From the human T2T-CHM13v2.0 reference genome, Homo sapiens, in NCBI RefSeq assembly GCF_009914755.1, contig NC_060926.1: a stretch of 64,000 bases of DNA, one strand, 5' to 3'. Shown in pieces: positions 11,081-30,657 of the stretch; position 1 is the first letter of the stretch; the number at the start of each line of letters is the position of its first letter. The notes below the pieces were generated by a model. It had not been told where the DNA came from, searched no databases, and saw nothing but the letters and a program-made list of their open reading frames with translations. Made by a program: the position numbers and the translations under genes.

Positions 11081-12689
11081 CAAACTCTGTAGTCTTGATT
11101 TTCCTTTTAATATAATGTTTATATCTTCCATAACTCTTATTTCGTGTGATTCCAGGTGTGAAGATCATCTCTTGCCTTGCTCTGTCGAGTTGTCTATTTC
11201 CTCTTCCAGTAATGGAACAACTCTTCCACTTTAGGGACTCCTCTCCATTCCTAGACCATGTCGTGCAGGTAAAGCAGCTCTTCCCTAGCTCTCTTCCCTT
11301 TATGGAAAGTCAGGGCATGTGATCTAAGCTGGTTAATGACAACCCTTTTCTGAAATATTTGTTGGAACCATTTGTAAAGAAGCATTTTCTCCATGAAAGC
11401 CTGAGGGTACACACACAAACCTGCAGCTGTGGAGGGACCATTATTGACACCTTGAGAAGAAATCACAAGGCAGGCAAGGACTCCTTAGGTATCCCTGGGT
11501 GCTCTGATGAACACCCCACTTTCCTTGTAATGTTAGTAAGCAATGCCAACCTCTCCCCTACATGGCCGGGGGCACAGGGGTTGCTGTTATCTCTGGTTAC
11601 TTGGATTGAAGCAATTGTCTAGGTTTCTCTGGAAAGATAGAGATCAATAGCAGCCACATGGTGAAGAACATTATCCCATTTTGCCTCCTCAGTGGGACCT
11701 AAAGATTGGTAGTTTCAACACTTCTGGTTTTTACGTGTGAATCTATTGTCAGCATCTCTAGTCTTCAGCAAAACCAGCCTTCCAGCAATTACAGCTGAGC
11801 TGCATGTGTGAGCCTCTTCATATGCACCTGGGGACCCTTTCCCTCCAAATTCTCACTTAGTCATTTAAGTCAAAGGCACTTAGTTTCTCTTGAGCGGCTT
11901 ACCCATGTCAGTTAGAAATAAGCATACTGCTCAAATTCTGCCCAGCATATGGCAAAATGAGAGTCTGGTCCAGGCTTAGGGAAGGGAGGACTAAGCCAGA
12001 ATGGGAGGTGTTATGGTTATCTGACTGAGAGTATTTTTCTGGTGTTGTTATTCACATTATTTTTATTCTAAACTATGAAATTATATTCCCTGTAATGTAA
12101 CTGTGCTGTAGCTGTGGAGTCTTCAGTTGCACATATCTGTGTATTCATAGCTAGCTCTATGTGTATGCAGATTAAATGCCTATGTTACATAGCTTATATT
12201 AAAATGCAAAATTACAGCCAACGTATTATGGCCCACAAGACTCCCAATTCTATAGAAACTCTTCTTTATTAATATTGTTGTCTCCACAAAGACTAGTTAA
12301 TTGAAGCTCGATATGCTAACTAAGAAACATGGTCATTTGAATCGTTTCTTTAGATTTGGTACAACACTGGAAATATGTTTTATCCTGGGATCACTGCCTT
12401 AAGAGGAACATTTATAAAAGGAGGTGAATTCAGAACAGAATTAATCCAGAGTATTTCAGATGCAGCCTGATGGGACAAATAAAACAATACAAAATAACAA
12501 GGACAACAAAGGAAAGTTTGGGGGAAATGTGGTGTTTGTCTTCAGGTAACTGAAGGACAACTGTAGAAAAGAAATACCACTTGTTCGAAATATCACTTGT
12601 TCTTATCATCACCATAGGGCAGAGTAGTGATCAGGTAGAAGCATCATGAAGGCAGGTTTCAGCTAGACACAGGAAAAAGCCAGTCTGCT

Positions 12690-13230
12690 ATTGAATTGGT
12701 TTGCTTTTGGTTGTAGGAGATTTCGCTATCACTGGAGATCGGCTAGCCAGAAGTTGGAGATAATTTGGTAGGGGAGTGGTGTGGCAGTGACAGCTCAAGG
12801 CCTCCTCAGTATCCATTCTCCTCTTCTTTCTTACCAATAGGATCTGGGAGGTTGTTTCAGATGAAAAGGTACATTTCCCAACTCCCCTTGAAGACACATG
12901 TTATCAATAGGGTATAAGGAGCACTTATTGGATGGAGTTTCTGGTAAAGGCTTTTTGCCCTTCCTCTCTCTCTTCTGGCTTCCTCCTGGGAAAGCAGATG
13001 TGAGGGCTGTAGCTCCAGCTGTATTTAGGATGAGGATGATGACATGACCTTGAGAATGAAAGAGACACATCTGGTGTGGTGGAGCAGAAATACAGAAGCG
13101 ACTCAGTCCCTAATGGCCAAGTCAGACTGGACTGCCTATGTCCTTTTGTACATAACCAGCAGCCTAATGCAATTCCTATCTCTAGCAGCCTAATGCAATT
13201 CCTATCAGATACATGTGTCAACCACCTAGT
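12690..13230. mobile_element. Old MLT1-type LTR
   Basis: attggtttgcttttggttg...tgtgagggctgtagctccagc...gacatgacc...ggagcagaaatacagaag remnants. Confidence 0.4.
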
Positions 13231-16200
13231 CCTGTGGTCTCTTTGAATTTTAAGCATCTATGAATTTAAGAATACATCACTGCACTTCTACCTATTATCT
13301 TAATAACCTACTCCCTAGAAAGATTAAAATATCAGAAGATATAATGTGAAAATAATATTGAGATAATACACTAATGTATTTTTATTCTAAATTGTCTCTG
13401 GGGCCTAAATGTCCTGTAACATTTACTCAAGCACAATTATTCATTTATTTGCTTCAGGGACATCGAGAGCAAAGAGGTCATTGCTCACTCTAGTTACAAA
13501 TTGGCATCTTATGTATCCTAACTAGACAGTGTCTTCAAAGCAAGACTTTATTGAGAGAGAAGAGAGTTTTCTAAATTCCAAAAGCATCCTTCTCCTAATA
13601 AGAACCAAGCGTGCCTGACTCAGATAATAGAGCTTTTATGTAAGTCACAGAATACAGAAGGAGAAAGAGAGGGTATAATAAAATGAAAGTGCCCTTTTCC
13701 CCAGTAATAAAAGGAAGGTCATAGGCTCTCTATGCTGGTAGAATAATCTGTAGAGATGGGAGAGATGAAAATAAATGTTGACTTGAGTTCTACAGCTCCC
13801 CATGGAGCCAATTCTCCTGAAGTGGGATTAAGGAAGAAATCTAGGTAAGTTAGGAACAGTCTGAGAACTACAGTGCTGGTGTCCCTGAGAGAAGGTCACT
13901 TTTCAGGCCAGCTGCTGAGGCAAAAAAGGTACAGAAATAGAGAGCAAAACTGGCAGAGGGAAGGGCCTCGAGAGAGTCTTAAACCATCTGCCAGTTCCTT
14001 AAGAACCCTGTGAGCTTACACAAATGCCCCATGTGCTTCAGGGTGGGCAGGTACAGTAACGCTGGGAGGCCTGTAATTTGTACCAGCAAGGCACCAAGGT
14101 GAGCACATTACCTGCTCCTTGCATTTGGACTTCATTTTGAGGGGAAACGAAATATCTTGAGAATCACAAAACAATCTTGACCTCTCAACTGAATATTTAC
14201 CCAAAGAATCTATTTTTAAACTGGAAGGAATCACGATACCTTTAATTGTCAAATCTAAGTGTGCCTCAGCATATCAGTCAGGGTTTGATCAGGACTTAGG
14301 AAATCGTGGGAGTAATCTGACAAGGCTTTTTCATTTATGCCAGGTGGTGGCCCAAAGTGACTATGGGTCAGCTACTCTGGCAATAAAGAGGGAGATCAGA
14401 ACATAAAGTTGCAAAGAGCAAAGACAAACTGGAATCTTCAAGAACCAACTGGAGCTCATGAGGACAAAGTAGAACCTGCATCTCTCTGTTGCCATTTCCA
14501 GTGTGCATGACGTTGATGGCCTGCAGAAGGAGCTGGTACCTTCGCCATAAAAGTGCACACACATCCAGCCTAGCACTTGGGGGAGTAGGAGGAGGATATC
14601 TGGCAGGAGATGGAGATGCTGAGACCTGGCTGGTATTCCCGCCAACAAGGTGAGCTACTGCCATAGAAGCCAAACTCCCAAGTATAAACATGTCTGCTCT
14701 TCTTTCTCCACCTTCCAATTCTCATGAATATTTCTTGTGAGCAACCACAATCCAGAACTACACAGGCAAGTGTCTACTAGCGAACATAATTCCCACATAA
14801 CTCAAGTGACACGGGTCAGAGCCACAACAATTAGTAATAATTATTCCAGAATAACATAAAGTTTATTTCAGAAAAAAGTTAGACATTTAGCAAATCCGAG
14901 TTGAAATGTGTATATTTCAACCCACTCCACAAAATTTGTTTATTGGATTGTTTATCGGAAAGTAAGGCTCTTAGGGAACAGGGACAGGTCAGGAAATGTT
15001 TGATAATTTGGAGAAGTCTTTGGAATGTGGTGTGGTCCTGGATAAGACATGAATAAGATGATGTCAAGGTGGCTCCTAATGGAAGGTACCAGCAGAGAAA
15101 ATGATGCACACGGAGGCCAACACGATACAAACAACTGCCTTCCAGCGTCCTCTAGGACCGGCAAAATATTTGTATGTGAAACTTTGACCCCATTTTCTTA
15201 GCTATATACAACAGGAACGGAAGTAGGTGAGACAATGACTACAGCCTCTTTTAAGCCATCTTCTATCTCAGAGCTTGAGGCTTCTGCCTTTTCCCTGCTC
15301 CTAGGAGGATGAAGGGAAGTATATAGGGATCTTTGTGACGAAGGTTCTCATTTGTAGAACTATGAGGCATCGTTTTGATCATGGAACGACACGTATTTTA
15401 AAATAACTCTCATCTGGACTCTCCATACTGACAGGCTCATCCAGTTTACTGATACATTAATCTTTTATTTCCTTAAATAGTTTTGAACAAACTTCAGAAT
15501 TGTACATCCTTTTAAGAATAGAAGCACTCCAAGAATAAAAATGAGCTTTCCAGTTCATTTCCAGCCCTCCTTGATTAAAATGCCCTTTCTTGCTTGTGTG
15601 GACCACTGGCCTTCTCATGCCAGATACCCACAAAGGACCTGGGTGGACTTGGTTGTTTCCTCATCTACATAATATGTTGTGGTATTCAGCTCTGGCTAAA
15701 ATGTAACTTTTTAAAATGTCTGTGCAAGCCTGGAGGAGGTAAGGAAAGTTGCAGGGGTTTAGTTAAGTGTCTCTGGAGGCATTTATGATTAATATATATG
15801 TGTGTTGGGTGGGAGTGGGATAGAGTGTGGGCTGGTCCTTCAACAGAGACCTGCATTTGCTACATCATGTCCTTTCAATCAGAAGCATTTCTGCCCAGGA
15901 CAATTAGAGGCTTTGACATCAGACTGGGCACCTGGCCCTCTTCCAGTATGGCAAACACACTGACATAGTCTCTTGACGATCTTTCCTCCCTTCCATCTGT
16001 CAGGATGGTCCTAATTCACTCCCCAGCCACTTGGCCCTTTCTCTTTTGACGTAGGTTCTAGGCAGGGGTGAATTTAGAGGAAAAAGTTCACAGAACCATA
16101 CCCATTGTATCCCTTAACATTTTTTTTTTGCAAGTTCTGTGGCTTTTAAAAAAATCCTTTTAGTTGGTGTCATAGGCTCAAATTTTGGTTCATTAACTCA

Positions 16201-16629
16201 GGCAACTTTCTTTGGGTTTCCTACTCCAGCTTCCTCAGTTTTTTTATCTGCTTGGCAAATTGCTACTTGCTCACTGAGAATTATTTCTCTGAGTTGTACC
16301 TTTCCAACTCTTGTCTCCAAGCTCCTGAAAAAGCTAATGAGCACTGATGCTTGGATTTTAACACTAGACATTTGCCACAGAGCTAATGCAAAATGCATGG
16401 CATGTGTCCAATATCAGAAAGTGAGGGGTTGCAGCATAAGAGGAAAAAGGAAGTGCTTTCTTTATTCTGTGCAACATAATTATCTAGAAATTTGCTTTTA
16501 AAGACACAGCTAAACCTTACGAAAAACCAGCTGTCATCAGGATGAACTTGGAGGAGAATTGACTCATGACCATGTAGTAGGTGTCTTGGAAATCATGTGG
16601 AAAATCATCGGTGACCAAGGAGAAATTAT

Positions 16630-17108
16630 AAAACAAAAGTTTACATACATTAGACATAGTCAGCTTAATTGCTTGGCACCTCTATGATTCTGCCAGGCTG
16701 ATTCGTGTGGGCCACATCAGTGGGTGACTTCCACTGGTCTGACTTTCAGCTGAGTTAGGCCAATAGGGAGTTCCAAGAGGAGATTGGAGAGGGGAGAGAG
16801 AGGTCATATTATTTCCTTCCCTGGTTCCTTCCTTCAAGGTCACCTTAGGTTGGCTGTAACTTTTGATCTCTCACAGTGATTCATTCTGCAATTCTTTGTT
16901 CCTCCTAATCCCAGAAACTGGCCTTCCTTAAACTCTAAAGATTTAGGGGGTGATAACAAATCAGCTGCTACTAAGCCATCAGTTACAGTGCTATTTCTTG
17001 TGATTTCCCTACACCTTCAATTTTGTAAAGTTTCATTTTAAAATGTCCACCACTATTATTCCATTATGAGTGTGTCATCTGTGTACCATTGGGATCCCAA
17101 CCAATACA
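16630..17108. mobile_element. Old ERVL LTR (LTR33-like)
   Basis: ggccaatagggag...gagattggagagggg...tgtgtcatctgt...ccaataca end. Confidence 0.45.
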
Positions 17109-17184
17109 TATATTGCAAAAAAATGAATTCTATTAATATAAAAGTGTTATGTGTTAGAAATTTTGGTTAGTGTAACTATATTCT

Positions 17185-17468
17185 ATTTATTTATTTATTT
17201 AAGACAGGGTCTCACTCTGTCACCCAGGCTGGAGTGAAGTGGCACAACTGCACCCTCGACTTGTGGGCTTAAGTGAGCCTCCTGCCTCAGCCTTCTGAGT
17301 AGCTAAAACTATGGGCATGTTGGCACCATGCTCAGTTAATTTTTTAATTTTTATTTTTTACAGAGACAAAGTCTTGCTATGTTGTCCAAGCTGGTTTCAA
17401 GCCCCTGGCCTCAAGCTACCTTGACCTTCCAAAGCACTGCAATTACAGGTATGAGCCACCACACCCAA
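17185..17468 (-). mobile_element. AluJ
   Basis: (ttta)n tail, agacagggtctcactctgtcacccaggctgg, tcttgctatgttgtccaagctgg; highly diverged. Confidence 0.9.
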
Positions 17469-17988
17469 ACTAAAAAATATGTATCTAATCAACCATGACA
17501 TTGGGTGATGGAATATTGCAGTGACTAAGAACAAACCCAAGAACCAACCAACCTGGTTGTGACTCCTATAAGCTTGTGGTAAAACTTCAATTAGTTTATC
17601 TATGTAAATGTCTGGCATTTAATGAACAACATGTAAGTACAAGTTATTAGTATTACTACAACTACTATGTTTTTAAAAAAGAAATTTTACAGAGGGTTAG
17701 GAAGACTTTATTGCAGGTTTCTCTTCGTAAATACATATTATCAAGAAAAAGCATCATACAGTTAACAATGGGAAACATTGATTGAGAGTTTGCTGTGCCA
17801 GGCATTGTGTTATTAGGTATCCAGCAACACTATATGCAGACTTCTGCCCTTAAGAAGCTTAGTCGAGTTTAATAAAATGGAAAAAACATCATACAAAATG
17901 AAAAGACATGAAAGGAGTTAGGATCTGATGATAGGAAACTCTCTCTCTCTCCCTCTCTCTCTCTCTCCATCTATCTGCTTACCTACCT

Positions 17989-18333
17989 AATATGGTCTGA
18001 ATGTTTGTGTCCTTCCAAAATTTATGTTGAAACCTAATCTCTAATGCAATAGTATGAAGAGGTGGTACCTTTGGAGAGTGATAGGTCATGAGGGCTCTAC
18101 TCTCATGAGTTTATTGCCATTGAAGAAGAGGTTTGAGGGTGCTTGTTTGCTCCTCTGCCATGCAAGGATACAGAAGGCACCATCTATGAGCAACAGGCCC
18201 TCACCAGACACTGAATCTGCCAGCACCTTGATCTCAGACTTCCCAGCTTTAGAATTCTGAACAATAATTTCTGTTGTTTCTAAGTTATGCAGTCTAAGAT
18301 ATGTTTTTATAGCAGTCTGAACAGTCTAAGATA
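17989..18333 (+). mobile_element. MSTD/MLT1A-type MaLR solo LTR
   Basis: tatggtctgaatgtttgtgtcc...ccctcaccagacactgaatctgccagcaccttgatctcagacttcc...tatagcagtctgaacagtctaagata. Confidence 0.8.
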
Positions 18334-19285
18334 CTATCTGGCTGTCTATCATGTATCTGCAGATTTATTATAGGGCTTTTATCTTACAGAACTGTAAGGA
18401 TTGGCTAAATGATCATTGGAAAGCTGGTTCTTCTTGTTGGGATACTGAAGTCTGAACATGGGCAGTCAGAAATGGAAGATGGATGTGAAGTGAGGGAAGC
18501 AAGGACAAACTAGAACTGGTGAAGATGAGAGCAAACCTACAGCAATGGGCTGGAACCTGCATCGTTCTCTCACCACCTCCTTCTAAGCTCCATCCTTTAC
18601 AGTGGGAGAGTGTCCTGGAAGAGAGTCTGGTGCCCTTTGTCATGAAGCTAAACACACCCTGACCAAGGAGTTAGAGAAGCTGAAAAGCATCTGAAAGGAG
18701 CTGGAATTGCGATGGGCTCAGGTGCTGCCCCATGCCAACAAAATGAGCCGGCTGATAAGCAACTATGTGCCTGAGTTGAGAAATTATCTTTTGGCCTGCT
18801 CTGACTTTTCCCTGTGTGAAAAGCAGTAGAGCCTCTACGTGCCTTCTGCCTTCAGTCACTTGCAGAAGATTTCTTGTGGCCCATGCTCATCGGAAGCCAT
18901 GCTGTCAGGTGTATTCTGGGAAATACAGTGCCAGCTTCGCCAAATTCACACAAAACAAATACACCAAGAGGAGTTAGACAGACTTATAGGATTCTAGACA
19001 TGGAAAGAACCTAATACTCCACAGTCAGAGGTGAGGAAACTGAAGCCAGAGAACACAAAACAAGGATTATTCTCTAATGGAAGTGTCTATATCCCTGGTC
19101 TACTTAAAATCATCATGAGCATATGTAGTTTTAGTTTAAAGAAATTTTAATTAGTTTAAATAAACATATTGTACAATATGTAAACATGTGAGTATCAAAG
19201 TGCGATAAGAGTAGTATACGGTTAATATATTCAAAGCAGATGCTTGTTACTTAATGGCACATACAGCAAAGACGTTTACTGAGAA

Positions 19286-19552
19286 CTTTTTTTTTTGACG
19301 TAGTTTCACTCTGTCACCCAGGCTGGAGTGCAGTGGCGCGATCTCCGCTCACCACAAGCTCCACCTCCCGGGTTCACGCCATTCTCCTGCCTCAGGCGCC
19401 CGCCAACATGCTCTGCTAAATTTTTTTGTATTTTTAGTAGAGACGGGGTTTCACCGTATTAGCCAGGATGATCTCAATCTCCTGACCTCGTGATTCGCCC
19501 ACTCGGCCTCCCAAAGTGCTGGGATTACAGGCGTGAGCTACCACGCCCAGCC
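19286..19552 (-). mobile_element. AluY with a ~24-bp internal deletion
   Basis: aagctccacctcccgggttcacgccattctcc is AluY-type. cctcag is joined directly to gcgcccgcc. Approximate TSD gagaactttttt/gaaaactttttt. Confidence 0.9.
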
Positions 19553-20665
19553 GAAAACTTTTTTTAAAAGAGTTGGGTCAGTTGCCAAAATTGGAAGGAG
19601 AGGTTTGTGCAGGTACACGAGAAAGTTTTGACTAATCTGCCATGGTCCCCATTTCCACAGTTGATCCCACACATCATCCTTTTGGGACTGAATTGAGTGA
19701 CTCCAAGACCTGGCCTTCTTGTCTGTTTCCTCCCACAGGCCTGTGAGACTGGTTGGCCCCTAAGAAAGGTGATGTGGTGCCAGCCCTGAAGGAGGATCAC
19801 CCCAATTCATTTCCCTCTCACTCCATTACTAAGGAAGAGATTGACTGAAAACTTGGCATTCTTCTGAGTAAAGAGGAATTGTGTTCCCTGAATTACCACG
19901 GGGCTGACAAATATATCCATTGGCTCCATAAAAGAAGGCTGAATCCTAATCTTGGTTCAAGCCCTGTTTTGTTGTGTAAATTTGAGCAATTCACTTAATC
20001 TCAGGGTGTACAATATATATTCAACCTACCTTATGGGATTATTATCCAGAAACCTTGCCCAGGTCTCTCTGGCCCTAAATACTGAGACTCTTCCCAAGCC
20101 CAAACCTGCTCCCTGGCTTTCTTTTTCTTGCAATTGATCAGCCTTCGTACCTCACCATTTGTCCTGCTTTTCAGGGTGCCTCTCATCCCAAGTGTTTTTA
20201 GATGCCTTATACTGAGATCTCCATTTTATTTCTTTACCAGGTAATTAACAAATAAAGCCTCATCACTGGAAGGTTTTAATACCAAGCACTTATGATTGTA
20301 GCTAATACTCACTTAACTCTTTCCATATTCCCAGCTCACCTAACACTTTCCATCTTCATAGCAACCTTAGGATATAGGTGCTATTATTGTCTCCATTTTA
20401 CTATAAGGAAACTGAGCCTTGTGGTGATTTTGCAAAGCTTAGAGCTTTGGTCCTTTGTCTTTATTTCCCAATTTATTTGATAAGAGGTTAAAATGGAAGC
20501 ATCACCAGGATTATACCTTCAGTTTTTATTTCAAAGGATGAGAATTATCAACATTTGGTACACTTTTTTTAAACTTTGTGTTAATAAAGACTATGTCTTT
20601 TTTTCCATGGTGACATTGCCTTACAGCCCAACGAATAAAATAAATGCATAAAAATAGTGTGCTTC

Positions 20666-24080
<3,415 letters not shown>

Positions 24081-24824
24081 AAAAATACTGTGCTTCTTTT
24101 TCTTAAATGAGCAACTTATATTTCTAAGAATCTTCAATCTCAGCTTGGGGTCTGCAGAGAACCCTGTTTTGTATATGTAACACTAATAATACTGTTTTTG
24201 GCTACCTCTGATTTCAAAATGACTGGATCCAAACTAGCCATATCATAAACTTTCATATATTATCAGCTATAATTATTAGTAGTAATATTCTATCATTGGA
24301 ATCCTACATATAATAGAAGTGTAGTTTAAAAAATAGTAGAAGAGAAGGCTCCTTCTTTAGACTCTTAGCACGTATGTATCAAGAGCACGTACATATCACA
24401 TTTGAGAGAAGTGAAATGTAGATTAAGAGAAAAGTGTATATTAATATACAGTCTGAGCCTGCTTGCAAGTTATATTAGTAATAATACTCTTCAAAGAGCA
24501 AGAGACGATTATTAAATATATCAAATATTAAAATATCAGCTAGAGAAGCTAAGGCAAGTATCAACAAAACAAAATATAAAGCTGTAAAAACAGAAGACAT
24601 TCAGTTATCAAAAACATGAAGAAAACAGGCAGATGGATCAACTCAAAGTATTGGTAGTCATTTTGAAAGAGAGAAATAGAGATGTAAAAAACCCTGTAAG
24701 ATGGAAACAAAATAAGTAGGTCAAAAAACCGAGATACTTTTATATGGGTTGACCTATAATACATGCCATTAAATGACAAAAGCAAGGTACAGATAGTGCA
24801 TTCTTTCAAGAGACTAGTTACTGG

Positions 24825-24985
24825 GGGTTGACTCATTTAATACTCAAAACACTCTATAAAGTAGATATTATTATTCACATTTTACAAGTGAGGAAACAGA
24901 GGCTGCATTCCTTGAATAGGTCACCTAAGTAGTAAGCAATAGCACTAGGATGCTCATTCAGGCCATCTTTTTCCAGAAGTGATGC
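24825..24985 (-). mobile_element. MIR SINE
   Basis: ctcatttaatactcaaaacac...attattattcacattttacaagtgaggaaacagaggc core. Confidence 0.75.
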
Positions 24986-26954
24986 TTTTAATGCTGTTTG
25001 CTTCATTTTTAAGAAAATATACTTACAGGTACACAGACTATTTCTGAAACTTTATATATGAAAACAGTAACAGAATTTGCTTCTAGATAGAGAAGGACTA
25101 AGGACTAGTAGTCTAAGGTAGGAGAGACATTTACATTTCTCCATATAGTATTCTGTATTTTTGATTTATTACTTTTTTATCACGTGCATGTAAGTTTTTC
25201 AGTAACACTGTAAAACATAACTAAAATGAAAAAGAAAATAAACTAAGAAGGGAAACTCTGCATTTACCGGTGCTGACTCTCTTTTTTACAGCTCCCCTTT
25301 CCTTTTATAAGTTCCTTCAATTTAGTTTATTGTTCTATGACTTCTCCCTTATGCCTCTGACTCTGACCTGATCCCTCCTGTGCTGGTATCCAATGGACAC
25401 ATCAGGCCACATTGGAATCCTTTGTTAGCATGTGCTGTCCTACATCATCAATTCTTGAGAACAGGGGCCTTGTCTCATTCATGTTGGATTTTTAGTGCCT
25501 ACCTCTGTATCTGGCCAAGAGTAGGCACTTGATAAGTTCGTATTGAAAGGACCAAAATCAATGTCAAAGATCTGGAAGTTTAAATAAGGTAAACCTGATC
25601 TTCAGTCTCTCAGGAGTACTTACTTATGCAATAGTCTTATCTGGTTTGTGATCAGCTGTACACACAGTTCCTTTGAGTTGACTTACACAACAGAGAACTG
25701 GGCCAGGTTTCGGTAAGACACTTACTACCCTATAAAATATTGGGACAAAAATTCATCAACAGATTCTTCCTAAACTGACCTCTAGAGGAAATAGACCTAG
25801 GCATGGCCAGTAAGAAGTTTCTTTACATTAATAGTTACGTTTGGGGGTTTAAATTATCAGAGAAAATATATTATTTCTTTCTTACTGTATATTTCTTTCC
25901 AAAAATTATCCTACCCTTTTAGTAAATCCATTTGCATAAGCCTATACATTAAAATAGGATGAGACGGAAAGGATAGAATCTAAAACAGGAAAGCAGGGAA
26001 GTATTATGTAAGAAATGTTCTCGAAGGTTTTTACTCACAGGTTAGAAGTTGATAGACTTAGGGATTAAAACATTTTTACTAAGCTTCAGGAAATAGAACT
26101 GAGACAAAGAATGATACCATGAGCTATATATATGGTTTCTATGGGTTGGAAAGATCATACCGCCGCATTTGTTTAATTAAAAAATATGGTAAGTAGAGTG
26201 TTATACAAGATTTGGGAAAGACAATAGTAAGAATGGGAAAGCCGCAGTTACAAAGAACAGAAGTTATGAGTAAAGGAGGAAAGGGACAAATAATTTTCAA
26301 ATAAGAATAGCTAATGTACTGAATTATGTAAATACTTAAAAGAGTACATAAAAAGATAACTAAAAAGTTAAATAATAAAATAATTGAAAAAGAATATAAT
26401 GGAAACAAAATGTGTGTATATATGGCTTGAGAACAGAAGGATTATAAATACAGATACCATTTTCATTATAAAACCTGTGAGGATCAAATGTTACACTTCA
26501 GTATTTTGAAACGTAAGGACTATAAAGATTTATTTTTATTAAAATAACAGCATTGAACACATTGTCATCAAAACTATCTTAATCTATGAAAACATGGTAG
26601 AAGTGTAAAGAGGTCATCTCAAGTTGAAAATTACTGATCAAATCTTTCTGTGTAAAAATTGGCATTGTTTTTAAAGAAAAAGTACCTTTTAATAAAAAGA
26701 TTCCAAAGTTCAGATGAAAGACAATGGTTTATTTAAGATTTTTTTCTTTGTTGACTTCCAGAGTGTTTTTTTTTCTTTACAAAAGACAGACTATACAGGA
26801 AACATTAGAAAAAGATTGGCATCCAGAAAAGTGAAAAAAAAAAAAAACACTATGAAAGAGAATGAATGTTATAAAAAACCTTCAGATTGGCAGGTGACAC
26901 TGATAGAAAAACTCACTTCATATGCAATTGTAGAGTGTCTATGATAAAGGTGAC

Positions 26955-27310
26955 TGAATTCTAGGTGCTAGAGGAACAGCAATAAGGAGAACAAACATCT
27001 CTACGCTCATGGAGTTTATGGTTAGTGGTGAGAGATGGTGATAAAGACAAAGAAATTCAAGCAGGAAGGAGCTAGGGAGATACTGGTTGGTTGTGCAATT
27101 TGTAATAGGATATTTGGAGCCTATCTCCCTAAGATGATGCTTGAACAAAGATGGAAGAAGTGAGGGACCAAATCTTGTGACTATCTGGAGAAAGACCATT
27201 CCAGCTGGTGAGAAGATGGAGATCCTGTTTGGAATGTTTGAGTAATGCCAAGGGGCCACAATGGCTAGCAGAGAGTGAAGGAAGAGGATGAGAGCAGATG
27301 AGATTCAAAG
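26955..27310 (+). mobile_element. L2 LINE fragment
   Basis: ttctaggtgctagaggaacagc...ctcatggagtttatg...atctggagaaagaccattccag...ggaatgtttgag. Strand not certain. Confidence 0.55.
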
Positions 27311-28802
27311 ACCAACAACTCCAAACTGAGAATAAAGGTTTTATTTCTGGGCATCCTTGCTCCAGATTTTAAGATAACAGCTCCTCATTGCTCTTTATGT
27401 GTCGTGTTAGAGAGAACCATGAGGAGAACTAATCAGAGGGCACTTGTGAATGATATGTATTAGGTGTGTAACCTTTTGTGACTATTAGCTCTTTTGAGCT
27501 GAGCTTGACACATGCCTTACCTACTCCCATGATGCTGGTGTGCATCATAAAACAAAAAGTCATACCCGTTGACCTCTACTACATTCCCAGTGAGAATGTG
27601 GGGCCTCTCTACACATAGGCAGAAGGATGAGGAATGGGGCCAGTTACTTGTAAAGTCATAGTTCAATATTCAGGGGTTGAAATTTTTCCAAAACATTTTT
27701 TGCAGCTCTATTCTACCTTGTCAGATATCTTCTAAATTTCTGAGGTTAATTCCATTTTTGATTCAATACTTTGTTTTTATTAGGTACATAAAGATCAAGA
27801 ATAAAAGGGTAATGAAATTAAATCTTTTTAGTTAAGTTTTTGTTTGGGTTTTCCAATGACTCCCAAATACAAGGCTCAAAATTTGGATACATAGAGAATT
27901 GAAATATGTCATTTTGTGTATTGGTTAGTATCTTTTTCTGTCTGTTTTAAATCCTCCACATGTTGAACCATGCCAATATTATCCATGCTAGATTATAAAT
28001 CCCTTCTAATCAGAGACTATGCTTGTCTAAATCTCTCTGTAGCAACATTTGTTAGTGATCATAGTTATCAAAAAGTTATCTCTATGTATACAGAAAGCCA
28101 TGCCATTTCATCAGCTCAGTAGACCATAGAGCCTTCCACAAATATCTTTGAGCCCCAAGGCCAGTCCAACTATTGGTTAATGCAAATAAGCATAGCAAAT
28201 GTTTCTGCTCTGCCTCAGTAACCTCAATCCCATTTGAAATAGAGTTATGTATTATGGGATTACTAGGCAGACCCCTTCAAGCAAGGCAAGATCTGTATGC
28301 AGTTACAGAATGTTCAAATTGGTTTCTCTTTAAATAGAGGAAGGTTTGGGTTTGCTGATCAAATCAATTAGAGTATTTTTCCCTAGTTCACTCACAGAAG
28401 GGGAAATTGCCTTTTCAAACATTGGAGAAAAACAAGGACCCCAGACCAAAGGTCCAAAGAATTTAGGTATACACATCTGGGGAATCGACCTGGGGCCTAT
28501 TTGTATGAAGAATATCTACTCATAGCTTGATCTATTTATCTATCTTAAATTTTTTATCACTTTATTGAAGTATAATTTATACACAGTAAAATGCACAGAT
28601 TATGAGAACGCTTAGATGACTTTTGACAAATGTGTACACCCACATTATCAGCACCCTATTCAAGACATACAGTACTTCCATCATCTCAAAATGTCTCTTG
28701 CATCCCTCTTTGCAGGAAATTCCCATATCCCCTGTTCTGAGACAGTCTGATTACTATTACCATAGCTTCGTTTTTCCTATTCTAGATCTTTATAAAAATT
28801 AA

Positions 28803-30657
<1,855 letters not shown>

